The position numbers and the translations under genes were made by a program. Below the pieces are notes generated by a model. It searched no databases, was not told the origin of the DNA, and saw only the letters and a list, made by a program, of their open reading frames with translations. This document shows, one piece after another, positions 1 to 9,884 of a stretch of DNA of 64,000 nucleotides. The DNA is from an uncultured Chloroflexia bacterium (GTDB lineage Bacteria > Chloroflexota > Limnocylindria > Limnocylindrales > CSP1-4). Location: the NCBI GenBank assembly GCA_963763775.1, contig CAVXPZ010000004.1:192001-256000 (forward strand), written 5' to 3'. Every line of letters starts with the position of its first letter. Within the stretch, counting starts at the first letter, position 1.

Positions 1-1892
1 TCGCCCTTGGGCTGCGAGTGGCCCCCGGTCGGGTGGTGTCGATACGTGAACGGCACCTGCCCGACGTGGCGCGGCACGGACACGGGCAGTTTGCCGCCGG
101 GGTTGATGGCCCCGGTGAGCGCGGCGGCGATGGCGTCTGGCCCGGCGTCGCCCGGGACCCAGGCGAGCAGGATCGCGCCACAGTGCCTCGCGGCCCACTC
201 GATGGCCAGCGGCCGACCGCTGACCACGACCAGCGCGACCGGCGTCCCGGTCCCGACCACGGCTTCGAGCAGCTCCTGCTGCCGACCGAGGAACCCGAGG
301 CTCCCCCGGTCGCGGAACTCGCCGGTCGTCGAGTCGTCCGTGAGGCCGGAGCGCTCGCCGAGGACCACGATCGCGACGTCCGACGAGCGGGCCAGTTCGA
401 CGGCGGCCGCGATCTCCTCGTCCGTGCCGCCGCTGATCCCCGTCCCGCGGGCGTGCGAGACCTCGGAGTCGACGAGCGCGGCGCGAAGCGCGTCGAGGAT
501 GGTGCGGCGTCCGGAGAGCTCGTCGCCGGGCTCGAAGATCACGCCGTCGCCGACGATCCCGAGCGCGTCGACGCCGTTGCGCATCTCGCGGAGCGTCTCC
601 ATGTGGACGAGATGGCTGTAATCGCCGAGCAGGTCGCGGGCACTGTCGGCGATCGGGCCGATGACCGCGATGCGACGGTGTCCGGCCGCGAGCGGCAGAA
701 GGCCGTCGTTCTCCACGAGCACGAGTGAGCGCTCGGCGAGCGCCTGGGCGGCCCGCGCCTCGTCGGCGGCGAGATCCTCCAGCGTGACCTCGCCCGGCAG
801 GTCGATGTACGGCCGTTCGAAGATGCCGAGACGGAACTTCATGCGCAGCACGCGGGCCACGGTCGCGTCGAGCGTCGCCTCGTCGACCCGGCCCTGGTCG
901 AGGGCCGCCTCGAGCGGCCCGCCGAACGCCACGGTTCGCGGCAACTCCGAGTCGACGCCGGCGACGAGCGCCAGGCGGGCCGCCTCCCCGAGATCCGCGG
1001 TGAGGCGGTGGGCGGTGGCGAGCATCTCGACACCCATGTAGTCCGACGCGACGATGCCGTCGAAGCCCCATTCGCCGCGCAGGATCCCGACCATCAGCTC
1101 GGCCGAGGCGTGGCACGGCACGCCGTCCACGTCGCAGTACGCCGGCATGATGCTGCCGATCCCGGCGTGTCGGACGGCCGCCTCGAACGGGAACAGTTGC
1201 TCGTCACGGAGCTCGCGGGGCCCGATGTGGGCCGGCGCCTGGTTGAGGCCGCCCTCGGCCAGGCCGTGGCCGACCATGTGCTTGCCGGTCGCGAGGACTC
1301 CCTCGGTGAGGTCGGGGCCCTGGAGCGCCTCGATGTAGGCGATGCCGAGTTCGGCCGCGAGGTACGGGTCCTCGCCGTACGTCTCCTCGATGCGGCCCCA
1401 GCGCGGGTCGCGCGCGATGTCGAGGACGGGCGAGAGCGCGTGACGGGCACCGGTCGCCAGCATCCGACGGCGGATCGTCGCGGCCATCGCCGAGACGACC
1501 TCGGGGTCGAAGCTCGCCGCCGCCCCGATCGATTGCTGGAAACACGGTGCGGCCCAGGCGATGAGGCCGTGCAGGCACTCCTCGTGGATGATCGCCGGGA
1601 TCCCGAGCCGGGTCTCCTCGACGAGGTAGTCCTGGATGAGGTTGGCGGTCTGCGCCACCTCGACCGGCCGCAGGTTGGTCGAGCCGGCCAGTCGCGTGAT
1701 CTGCCCGACGCCGTTCGCCGCCAGCTCGGCCAGACGGCCCGCATCGAAGCCGGCCTCGCGGACGACCTCGAACGCCCAGAACGAGCCGAGCTGGGCGACC
1801 TTCTCCGCGCGGGTCATGCGCGCCAGGAGGTCGGCCACGCGGGCGTCGATCGGCAGCGACGGATCCCGATAGCGCGGCGCCGTGGTCGTCAT
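1..1892 (-). CDS. Glycoside hydrolase family 3 (beta-xylosidase/beta-glucosidase, BxlA-like); C-terminus runs off the window
   Basis: Not in the ORF track because it has no stop in the window. Minus-strand translation from ATG 1892 reads MTTTAPRYRDPSLPIDARVADLLARMT...SPVLDIARDPRWGRIEETYGEDP...GKHMVGHG...GFDGIVASDY, which are GH3 motifs including the nucleophile SDY. TGATG overlap with the upstream permease. Confidence 0.93.
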   Translation of the reverse strand, partial: MTTTAPRYRDPSLPIDARVADLLARMTRAEKVAQLGSFWAFEVVREAGFDAGRLAELAANGVGQITRLAGSTNLRPVEVAQTANLIQDYLVEETRLGIPAIIHEECLHGLIAWAAPCFQQSIGAAASFDPEVVSAMAATIRRRMLATGARHALSPVLDIARDPRWGRIEETYGEDPYLAAELGIAYIEALQGPDLTEGVLATGKHMVGHGLAEGGLNQAPAHIGPRELRDEQLFPFEAAVRHAGIGSIMPAYCDVDGVPCHASAELMVGILRGEWGFDGIVASDYMGVEMLATAHRLTADLGEAARLALVAGVDSELPRTVAFGGPLEAALDQGRVDEATLDATVARVLRMKFRLGIFERPYIDLPGEVTLEDLAADEARAAQALAERSLVLVENDGLLPLAAGHRRIAVIGPIADSARDLLGDYSHLVHMETLREMRNGVDALGIVGDGVIFEPGDELSGRRTILDALRAALVDSEVSHARGTGISGGTDEEIAAAVELARSSDVAIVVLGERSGLTDDSTTGEFRDRGSLGFLGRQQELLEAVVGTGTPVALVVVSGRPLAIEWAARHCGAILLAWVPGDAGPDAIAAALTGAINPGGKLPVSVPRHVGQVPFTYRHHPTGGHSQPKG

Positions 1893-2809
1893 CAGCCCTT
1901 CACCGCCCCGCCGGTCAGCCCGCCCACGATGTGGCGCTCGGCGACCATGTAGAAGATCAGCGCCGGGATGATCGCGACGACCGTGAACGCCAGGGTGCGG
2001 GCCGCATCCGAGCTGTACTCGGTGGAGAAGTTCATGACCCCGAGCGGCAGCGTCCATTGGGTCGCGTCGTTGAGGATGACCAACGGCAGGATGAACGCAT
2101 TCCAGGTCGTGACGATAGCCAGGACGCTCACGGTCGCGAGGGCCGGCCGGGACAGCGGCAGCAGGACTCGCCAGAAGAACGCGAACGGGCCACACCCGTC
2201 GATCCGAGCGGCATCTTCGAGCTCGACCGGGATGCTCCGGAAGAACGGCCGCAGGATCACGATCGTGAGGGGCAGGCCGAACGCGGCCTGTGGCAGCGCG
2301 ACGCCCAGAAGGTTGCCGGACAGTCCGATCTGCCGGATGAGGATGTACAGCGGCAGGATCGCGACGGCCGTCGGGAAGAGGAGGCCGAAGACGAACAGGG
2401 TGTACATCGCTTCGCGGCCACGGAACCGCATCCGCGCGAAGATGAATGCGGCCAGCGAGCCACACCCGACGGTCAGGCCGACCGCGATGATCGCGAGGAT
2501 CACGCTGTTGAACAGCTCCCGCCAGAACACCGGGGCGTTCTGGCCGACGAGGACGTCCGTGTAGTTGGTGAAGACCCACGGGTCTGGGATCAGCGCCACT
2601 GGGTTCGCCGCGAGCTGGCCGTTCGTCTTGAAGCCGCCGAGGACGGCATAGACGATCGGGATGAGGATGGCCGCCGCGACGATCATCAAGATCGCGTACA
2701 CGACGACGCTGAAGACCGGACGGCGCCGCTCGCGGGGCCGGCTGACCGCGATGGTCGCGGTCTCGGTCGGCACACCGCCGGGGAGTCCGGTCGAGGCTCG
2801 CGTCGTCAT
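1892..2809 (-). CDS. Carbohydrate ABC transporter permease (MalG/BxlG-type)
   Basis: 305 aa, multiple TM helices, EAA loop ELEDAARIDGCG. Confidence 0.95.
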   Translation of the reverse strand: MTTRASTGLPGGVPTETATIAVSRPRERRRPVFSVVVYAILMIVAAAILIPIVYAVLGGFKTNGQLAANPVALIPDPWVFTNYTDVLVGQNAPVFWRELFNSVILAIIAVGLTVGCGSLAAFIFARMRFRGREAMYTLFVFGLLFPTAVAILPLYILIRQIGLSGNLLGVALPQAAFGLPLTIVILRPFFRSIPVELEDAARIDGCGPFAFFWRVLLPLSRPALATVSVLAIVTTWNAFILPLVILNDATQWTLPLGVMNFSTEYSSDAARTLAFTVVAIIPALIFYMVAERHIVGGLTGGAVKG

Positions 2810-2813
2810 CGCA

Positions 2814-3749
2814 TCACGCGTTGTAGGCGGTCACGGCGCCGTCGACGTCGCGCCGCAGCACATATCGCTGATACAGGAGCGCAACGACGAGGGCGCAGAG
2901 GAACAGGAGCACAGCCAAGGCGCTGCCGTACCCCATCTGCTGCCTCGTGAACCCGGTCTTGAACATGTTGACGGCCATCGTGGTCGAGGCGTTGATCGGC
3001 CCGCCGCCAGTCATGACCCAGACCATGTCGAAGAGCTGGAGGGCGCCGATCATCGAGAGGAAGACCGAGACGCGCAACGTCGGCCCGAGGAGCGGAAGGG
3101 TCACGTAGCGGAACGCCTGCCACCGGCCGGCGCCGTCGATGAGGGCCGCCTCCTCGATCTCGTGCGGGATGCCCTGGAGGCCGGCGAGGCACAGGATCAT
3201 GTGGAACCCGAAGTACTTCCAGGAGATGATCACGAAGAGGGTGACCATCACGATGTCGGTGCTGCCCAGCCAGTCCTGGATGATCCCCTCGAGACCCACG
3301 GTCTTGAGCGTGGAGTCGAACAACGCGTCCGGCTGAAGCAGCAGGCTGAAGACGATGCCGGTGATCGCTTCGGACAGGACGTAGGGGACGAAGAACAGGA
3401 GCCGGAAGATCGCCCGGCCCGGGAAGCGCCGGTTGAGCAGGACGGCGAGCCCCAGCGAGAACGGGATCTGGAGGAGGAGGGACAGGACGATGATCAACAC
3501 GTTGTTGCTCACCGCCTGCCAGAACACGTCGCTCGCCAGGGCCACCTGATAATTCTTGAGACCGATGAAGTCGTCGAGCGGACCCAGCCCATTCCACTTG
3601 TACAGGCTGAAATGGGCCGCCTGGATGATCGGGAGGATGACGAAGACGACGTAGAGGACCAGGGCGGGGAGCAGGAACAGGGCGATGGTCAGCCACTTCC
3701 CGGATAGCCGCGGACCCGATCGGGTCCCAGGGCTGTCGGCCCGCATCAC
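2814..3749 (-). CDS. Carbohydrate ABC transporter permease (MalF/BxlF-type)
   Basis: 311 aa, TM helices, EIEEAALIDGAG motif. Confidence 0.95.
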   Translation of the reverse strand: MMRADSPGTRSGPRLSGKWLTIALFLLPALVLYVVFVILPIIQAAHFSLYKWNGLGPLDDFIGLKNYQVALASDVFWQAVSNNVLIIVLSLLLQIPFSLGLAVLLNRRFPGRAIFRLLFFVPYVLSEAITGIVFSLLLQPDALFDSTLKTVGLEGIIQDWLGSTDIVMVTLFVIISWKYFGFHMILCLAGLQGIPHEIEEAALIDGAGRWQAFRYVTLPLLGPTLRVSVFLSMIGALQLFDMVWVMTGGGPINASTTMAVNMFKTGFTRQQMGYGSALAVLLFLCALVVALLYQRYVLRRDVDGAVTAYNA

Positions 3750-3773
3750 GATCTTGCGTCCCCTCCTGAGAAA

Positions 3774-3800
3774 GGGCGGGCCGGCTGCGCCGGCCCGCCC
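3774..3800 (-). terminator. 12-bp stem-loop after the solute-binding protein gene (mRNA stabiliser or partial terminator)
   Basis: GGGCGGGCCGGC-TGC-GCCGGCCCGCCC perfect stem, followed by TTT on the minus strand, between the SBP and permease genes. Confidence 0.7.
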
Positions 3801-3844
3801 CCGTCTGTACCGAGTCTACGAGTGACCCACTCGTGGGGGACGCC

Positions 3845-5191
3845 TTACTGCGTGGCAGCCGCGTCGGTGAGGGCCTGGCAGGCCTTCTCGGGGGTGGACT
3901 TGCCGAGGAACAGCGCCACCGTGGCGTCGTTGAAGGTCGCCGCCAGGTTCCCGTTGGTCGCCTGGTCGAGGTAGAGCTGCATGAAGGTGGCCGCGCCGCG
4001 ACCGGCGAGGACGGCCTGCAGGTTCGGGTCCGTGACGGTGCTCTCGGTCCCGACGGTCGTCGAGAGGCCGATGCCGTCCGTGTTGAGCTTGTCCTGGTTG
4101 GTCTTGTCCATGAAGAACTTCAGGAAGTCGATGGCCTCGGGCGGCGCGTTCTTGCCGACCGCGATCCCGTTGCCACCGCCGATGCCGTCGGTCGCGGCAC
4201 CCGCACCACCGGTCACGACCGGGAACGCGAACCAACCGAGCTTGTCGCCGAGGCCCTTCTTGTCAGCGCTCTGGTCCTTCTGGACCGACGGCGCCCACTG
4301 GCCCATCAGCTCCATGGCGGCCTTGCCGTTGCCGACGGACGCAGCCTCGCTGTTGTAGTCCGCTGCCGCATAGCCCTTCTGGTACGGGTCGAGCGCGTTG
4401 AGCGCCAGCACGGCCTTGCCGGCGGCGATGCAGGCGTCGGTGTTCCAGTTGCCGGTCTGGATCATCTGGCTGAGGGCTTCGCCACCACCGTTGCGGAGCA
4501 GCAGATACGACCACAGGTGCATGGATGGCCACTTGTCCTTGCCCGCGATCGCGAGTGGGGCAACGCCGGATGCCTTGAGCTTGGTGACGGCCGCGAGGTA
4601 CTCGTCCCACGTCGTGGGCGGGGTGGTGATCCCGGCCTTCGCGAAGAGGTCCTTGTTGTACCAGAAGCCGATCATCCCCATGTCCCACGGGATCCCGTAC
4701 TGGGCGCCCTTGTACTGGTAGATGCTCATGGCACCGGGGTTGACGGTGTCCTTCCAATCGGCGACCGCGCCGGTGATGTCCTGGAGCAGCCCGGCGTCCG
4801 CCTGGGCCGCCATCGTGCCGCCGCCCCACGACTGGAACAGGTCCGGATACGCGTCCGGAGGCGTGGCGGCGAGCTTGGTCTTGAATGCCTCGTTCTCGAG
4901 GACCGTGACGTTGATCTTCACGTTCGGATGCGCGGCCGTATACGCGTCCACGATGGCCTGGAAGTCGCTCTTGCCGGGCTCACCGGTCGTGATATGCCAC
5001 CAGTCGACGGTGACCGGCTCGGCCGCAGCCGAGGCCTCTGCCGACGGAGCGGCGGCGGACGGTGCCGCGGCCGACGGGGCGGCGGCGGACGGGGCGGCGG
5101 ACGGTGCCGTGCTCCCGCCACTACTGCTACAGGCGGAGATGACCATGGCCAGCACGGCCAGGATCACCAAGGGACGCCAGCGGATCGACAC
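3845..5191 (-). CDS. Carbohydrate ABC transporter substrate-binding lipoprotein (BxlE-like)
   Basis: 448 aa, lipobox VISAC, PSAAA repeat linker, SBP family 1 motifs (PDLFQSWGGG, FWYNKDLFAKAGI, AAMELMGQW). Confidence 0.93.
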   Translation of the reverse strand: MSIRWRPLVILAVLAMVISACSSSGGSTAPSAAPSAAAPSAAAPSAAAPSAEASAAAEPVTVDWWHITTGEPGKSDFQAIVDAYTAAHPNVKINVTVLENEAFKTKLAATPPDAYPDLFQSWGGGTMAAQADAGLLQDITGAVADWKDTVNPGAMSIYQYKGAQYGIPWDMGMIGFWYNKDLFAKAGITTPPTTWDEYLAAVTKLKASGVAPLAIAGKDKWPSMHLWSYLLLRNGGGEALSQMIQTGNWNTDACIAAGKAVLALNALDPYQKGYAAADYNSEAASVGNGKAAMELMGQWAPSVQKDQSADKKGLGDKLGWFAFPVVTGGAGAATDGIGGGNGIAVGKNAPPEAIDFLKFFMDKTNQDKLNTDGIGLSTTVGTESTVTDPNLQAVLAGRGAATFMQLYLDQATNGNLAATFNDATVALFLGKSTPEKACQALTDAAATQ

Positions 5192-5312
5192 GATTCGACC
5201 TCCTCCTACTCGCGAACTACGGTTGGTTTCGACGTGGCGCGGTCAATGCTCTCGTCCGGGCTCGTCCCTGGTCCTCGAGTCCGGTCCGCATGGGCAACTC
5301 CTCCTGCTTGCC

Positions 5313-5323
5313 CGAAAGTTTCG
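5313..5323. promoter_or_regulatory. LacI-type operator CGAAAGTTTCG (copy 1)
   Basis: Palindrome in the divergent SBP/LacI intergenic region, identical to 5461-5471. Matches the CGAA-Nx-TTCG form described for Streptomyces BxlR. Confidence 0.75.
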
Positions 5324-5460
5324 ACCGTGTGTGCGATTGGTTTCGCGATGGAACCATACGGAGGATGGGACGGGGCGTCAAGAGCGTTCTGTCGGTTGCA
5401 GTCCGGCAACGTTCGAGGCCCGGTGCGGGACGGATCGTCGAAATCACCGTGCGCGAGCGT

Positions 5461-5471
5461 CGAAAGTTTCG
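5461..5471. promoter_or_regulatory. LacI-type operator CGAAAGTTTCG (copy 2), next to a TATACT -10 element
   Basis: Exact repeat of 5313-5323, immediately upstream of TATACT and the LacI ATG. Confidence 0.75.
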
Positions 5472-5485
5472 ATATACTCCGCCGC

Positions 5486-6526
5486 ATGGCCGCTCCCGCC
5501 GTCGGACCCAGGTCCCGACGCCCTCGACGAACCACGACGATCGCCCAGATCGCCGAACAGGCCGGCGTTTCCGTGCCGACCGTGTCGAAGGTGATCAACG
5601 GCCGTGCGGACGTCGCCCCCGAGACCCGCCGGCGCGTCGAGTCGGCGATCCGCGACGCCGGCTATCAGCGCCCGCCGAGCACCGCCCGTCGCTCGCCGCT
5701 GCTCGAAGTCATCTTCCACGAGCTCGAGAGCGAGTGGGCCCTCGAGATCGTGCGCGGCGTGGAACGCGTCGCCGGCCAGCACGACCTGGCGGTCGTCCTC
5801 TCGGAGATGCAGGGCCGGCGGACTCCCGGCCGTGGCTGGATCGAGGGGGTCCTCGCGCGGCGACCGGCCGGCGTCATCGCCGTCTTCTCCGATCTCTCCG
5901 ACACGTTGCGCGAGCAGCTTCGCTCCCGCGGCATCCCGCTGGTGGTGGTCGACCCGACCGGCGAGCCCCTGCACGACACGCCGTCCGTCGGGGCGACCAA
6001 CTGGAACGGCGGGCTCACCGCGACCCGCCACCTGCTCGGGCTCGGACATCGGCGCATCGGGGTCATCGGCGGTCCGGACTGGATCCTGTGCAGCCGGGCG
6101 AGGCTCGACGGCTACCGGGCGGCGATGGACGAGGCGGGCGTGCCCGTCGATCCGAAGCTGGTCAGCCACGGCCAGTTCCATGTGCGCGAGGGTATCGAGA
6201 AAGGCCGCGCCCTCCTGCGCCGGCCCGACCGGCCGACCGCGATCTTCGCCGGCAACGACCTCCAGGCCCTCGGTGTCTACCAGGCGGCCCGCGAGCTGCG
6301 GCTCCACATCCCGGAGGACCTCAGCGTCGTCGGGTTCGACGACCTGCCGGTCGCGCGCTGGGTCGGACCGCCGTTGACCACGATCCGCCAGCCGCTCATC
6401 GACATGGCGGTCGCGGCGGCCGAACTGGTGCTGCGGATGGCCGACGGCGAGTCGCCGGCCCAGCCGCGCGTCGAGCTCGCGACCGAGCTCGTCATCCGGG
6501 AGTCGACCGCGCCGCCCCGCAGCTAG
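5486..6526 (+). CDS. LacI family transcriptional regulator (BxlR-like)
   Basis: C-terminal 346 aa of ORF 3833..6526: HTH TIAQIAEQAGVSVPTVSKVING, VVGFDD, PPLTTIRQP. Confidence 0.95.
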   Translation: MAAPAVGPRSRRPRRTTTIAQIAEQAGVSVPTVSKVINGRADVAPETRRRVESAIRDAGYQRPPSTARRSPLLEVIFHELESEWALEIVRGVERVAGQHDLAVVLSEMQGRRTPGRGWIEGVLARRPAGVIAVFSDLSDTLREQLRSRGIPLVVVDPTGEPLHDTPSVGATNWNGGLTATRHLLGLGHRRIGVIGGPDWILCSRARLDGYRAAMDEAGVPVDPKLVSHGQFHVREGIEKGRALLRRPDRPTAIFAGNDLQALGVYQAARELRLHIPEDLSVVGFDDLPVARWVGPPLTTIRQPLIDMAVAAAELVLRMADGESPAQPRVELATELVIRESTAPPRS

Positions 6527-7822
6527 GCCGGCCGGGCGTCGAACCCGACCGTTCGCTCGGCCCAGGCCGCGGCGCCGAGCAGCCGGTCCTGCCGGGCCGG
6601 GCCTGCGACGAGCTGGATCGCGAGCGGCAGGCCCGTCCCGTCGAGTCCCGTCGGGATGGCGATCGCCGGCACGCCGATGAAGCTCCACGGCGCGCACAGC
6701 GTGAAGTCGCCGGTCCCCTCCCGACGGAGCGGTGCCGGTCCGGGAGCGACGGGCGCGAGGAGGGCGTCGACCGCGTCGAGCACCGGCACGACATCCGCGC
6801 GGAACCGCGACGTCGCCTCGCGCGCGCGCGCCAGCTCGTCGTCCCGCCGAGCCAGGCCCGCCCGGACGAGACCGGCGATGCCCGGCGGGTACTCGTCCGC
6901 ATGCCGCGCGAACATCGCACGCGTGGACCGCGGCCGCCTCCGCCTCGAGGATGACCCGGCCCGCGTCGAGGATGCCGTCGTACGACGGCGGCAGGGTCAC
7001 CTCGACGATGCTCGCCCCGGCGTCGGCGAAGTGCGCGACGGTCGCCTCGAGATGCCGACGGAGCTCGGGTTCCGCCAGGTCGAGCAGGACGCGCACGACC
7101 CCCAGCCGCGGCCGGTCGAGGACGGTCCCCCCGAGCGCGGCACCGGTGAGGACGGCGTCGAGCAAGGCGGCGTCCGCGACGGATCGGGCCATCGGCCCGG
7201 CGTGGTCGAGCGACGGCGCGAGCGGTGCGACGCCGTCGAGCGGGACCGCGCCGTACGGGCCCTTGAGCCCGACGATGCCGCAGTACGCCGAGGGCCGAAG
7301 GATCGACCCCACCGTCTGCGTCCCGATCGCGGCGGGCACCTGGCGGGCTGCCACGGCGGCGGCGGACCCGGACGACGAGCCGCCGGGCGTGTGGGCCGCC
7401 GACCACGGGTTCATCGTCGGGGCCGGGTCCTTGAACGCGAACGCCGTCGCCACGGTCTTCCCGAGGATGACGGCGCCCGCCTCGCGCAGCCGCGCGACCA
7501 GGGCGGCATCCCGCACCGGGAAGGTGTGCGCGAACGCCGGGGCACCCGAGCGCGTCGGCAGCCCGGCGACATCGATGATGTCCTTGACCCCGATCGGGAC
7601 GCCGTGCAGGAGCCCGATCGGCCGCCCGGCCGCGATGTCGGCGTCCCGTGCCGCGGCCGCGGCCAGCGCGCCGTCGCGGTCGACCGTGACCCACGCCTCG
7701 AGCGCCGCGTCGGTCGCGTCGATGCGCTCGATCGATGCGGCGACGAGCTCGACCGAGGAGACCGCGCCGGTCCGGACCGCGACGGCCGCCGCCTCCACCC
7801 CGAGGTCGGTGAGGCCGGTCAA
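6523..7822 (-). CDS. Amidase signature family protein (apparent +1 frameshift near 6918)
   Basis: TTG start overlaps the upstream stop. Motifs GVPIGVKD, GGSSSGSAAAVAA, GTQTVGSILRPSAYCG. Continues in ORF 6523..6915 (GLPLAIQL). Confidence 0.88.
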
Positions 7823-8913
7823 TGCCCCCGGCCGAGGACGAGGTCCCGTCCAGCCACGAGCGCGCGCAGCTTCGCGGTCGTCGCCCAGCGGGCCGTCTGG
7901 CTGAACCCGCAGTCCGGCACGAGGACCAGCCGCTCGGGCGACACACCGGTGGCCAGGACCAGGTCGATGCGCTCGGCGACGTCGTCGGCCGTCTCGAGGT
8001 AGGAGTTCTTCACGTCGATGATGCCCGCGGCCACGTCGCGTCCCGCCGACGCGATCTCGGCGAGGATCCCCACCTCGGCCATCTCGCGGTTCGCGAACTC
8101 GAGGACCAGCTCGTCCACGCGGAATCCGAGCATCGCGTCCAGGACCGGCCGATACGTCCGCTTCGCCAGCGGCCGGCCGAGGTAGTTCCCGAAGCAGAGA
8201 TGGGCGCCGAGCCGGACGCGCCCGACCACCGACTCGACGGCGGCGTTGAAGAGACCGGCGAAGTCCGATGGCGCTTCCGGGTGGATCGCGGGCGACGGAT
8301 CGTCGATCTGGATGAAGGTCGCGCCGGCGGCGACGAGACCCTCGAGCTCGGCGCGCAGGATCGGCACGAACGCCTCGGCCACCTCGTTCCGATGCTTGTA
8401 GACCTGCCCTGGCCCGTAGGTCAGGCGGCCCGACAGCGTGTACGGACCGGGGAGGGTCACCTTGAGCGGCCGGGCGGTGCGCGTCGCCGCGTACCGGTAC
8501 TCCGCGACGACACCGAGGCCGTCCGGCGCGGCGATCGCCTCGACGACCTCGAACCGATGCTGCTGATCGTGGCCGCCGGCCCCGAGCTGCCGCGCCGGCG
8601 GCAGCGGCCGGACGCCGCTGAGGTGCTGGTAGAACTCGGCCGTGAAGAATCCGGCGCGGCGCATCTCGCCGTCGCTCACCACGTCGATGCCGGCCGCCTC
8701 CTGGTCGCGCAGCGCGAGGTCGACAGCGTCGTCCAGCATCTCCGACAGGTCGGCCGGTCCGAACTCGCCTCGCTGGGCGGCGTCGATCCCCGAGACGAAC
8801 CACGACGGCCGCGCATGGGATCCGACGACACTCGTGAGGAGTCCGCCCGGTCGGGCCGACGGCGAGATGGGTCCGGAGGGACCGGCCGTCGGCACCGCGT
8901 CGGAGGTCGGCAT
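7819..8913 (-). CDS. Cobalamin-independent methionine synthase II family protein (catalytic domain only)
   Basis: 364 aa: TSVVGSHARP, GIDVVSDGEMRR, IQIDDP, Zn ligands in HLCFGN / LEFANR / PDCGF. Confidence 0.9.
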   Translation of the reverse strand: MPTSDAVPTAGPSGPISPSARPGGLLTSVVGSHARPSWFVSGIDAAQRGEFGPADLSEMLDDAVDLALRDQEAAGIDVVSDGEMRRAGFFTAEFYQHLSGVRPLPPARQLGAGGHDQQHRFEVVEAIAAPDGLGVVAEYRYAATRTARPLKVTLPGPYTLSGRLTYGPGQVYKHRNEVAEAFVPILRAELEGLVAAGATFIQIDDPSPAIHPEAPSDFAGLFNAAVESVVGRVRLGAHLCFGNYLGRPLAKRTYRPVLDAMLGFRVDELVLEFANREMAEVGILAEIASAGRDVAAGIIDVKNSYLETADDVAERIDLVLATGVSPERLVLVPDCGFSQTARWATTAKLRALVAGRDLVLGRGH

Positions 8914-9884
8914 CAGCCAGCTCCGACCGGGTCGTCGGCGAACGCGAACGCCCGCGCGGGGTTGGCCACGAACAGCCGCTGGCGGGTCGCCGGGTCGATC
9001 CCGCGCGCGCCCATCGCCCGGGTGAACCCGTCGAGCAGCCAGCTCAGGCCGGGCTGCCCGCCGTAGACCGAGTAGTAGCCCTGCCGTGCGGCGTCCATGC
9101 CGAGCAGGATGCCATCGATGAGGTCGTCCTCGAGCGCCCAGCTGAGCAGCGTGAGCGTCCCGTTGTCGCGGTCGCCCCAGCGGAAGGAGCCGTCGTACTC
9201 GGCGAACGCCCCGGTCCCCAGCAGCTCGCGGTGATAGGCGCGGTCGACGACCTTGTCGACGTGGCTCAGGACCACGTGCGACGCCGGGACGCCGAGGTCG
9301 CCGAGCACGCGTACCTGGTTGAGCGCTCCCGTGCCGCCTTCGCAGTGGGTCAGGATCGGCGCACCCGTCCACCGGTGCGCCATCGCGGCGGCCTCGAAGA
9401 TGCGCAGGTCGCGCGCCGACGGACCGTTGTCGCTCCCGGCGATCTTGATGACCCCGGCGCGGTGCTCGGTCCGGCGGATCGTCGGGCCGGCGTAGTCGTT
9501 GGCGTCGATGCCGTCCGTGATGTCGAGGGCGAACCGGTCCGCCACCTCGCCCACGGACAGGCGGGCGCTCCAGTGGTCGGGGCCGTAGTAGCGGTCGTGG
9601 TGGAGCCCGGTCGGGCCGACGATGTTGATGCCGGTCCGGCGACTGAGATCGGCGAGTTTCAGGACGTTCCGGCCACAGTCGCAGGGCATCGCGTCCACGA
9701 CGGAGCGCAGGCCCAGGGCGGTCGCGCCCGCCACTTCGACCGCCATCTTGTCGACGTCGCCCAGGTCGAAGTCGGCATGCATCTCCACCGGCCGGCCGCC
9801 ATCGATGACGAGGTGCTCGTGCGCGTACGTGACGCCCAGCTCGGCCGGGTCGATGTCGCCGAGCACGGTCCGGACGAAGCTCAT
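8913..9884 (-). CDS. Phosphotriesterase-related metallo-hydrolase/lactonase
   Basis: 323 aa: VRTVLGDI..LGVTYAHEHL, GVIKIA, THC, SHVD, GMD. Confidence 0.9.
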   Translation of the reverse strand: MSFVRTVLGDIDPAELGVTYAHEHLVIDGGRPVEMHADFDLGDVDKMAVEVAGATALGLRSVVDAMPCDCGRNVLKLADLSRRTGINIVGPTGLHHDRYYGPDHWSARLSVGEVADRFALDITDGIDANDYAGPTIRRTEHRAGVIKIAGSDNGPSARDLRIFEAAAMAHRWTGAPILTHCEGGTGALNQVRVLGDLGVPASHVVLSHVDKVVDRAYHRELLGTGAFAEYDGSFRWGDRDNGTLTLLSWALEDDLIDGILLGMDAARQGYYSVYGGQPGLSWLLDGFTRAMGARGIDPATRQRLFVANPARAFAFADDPVGAG

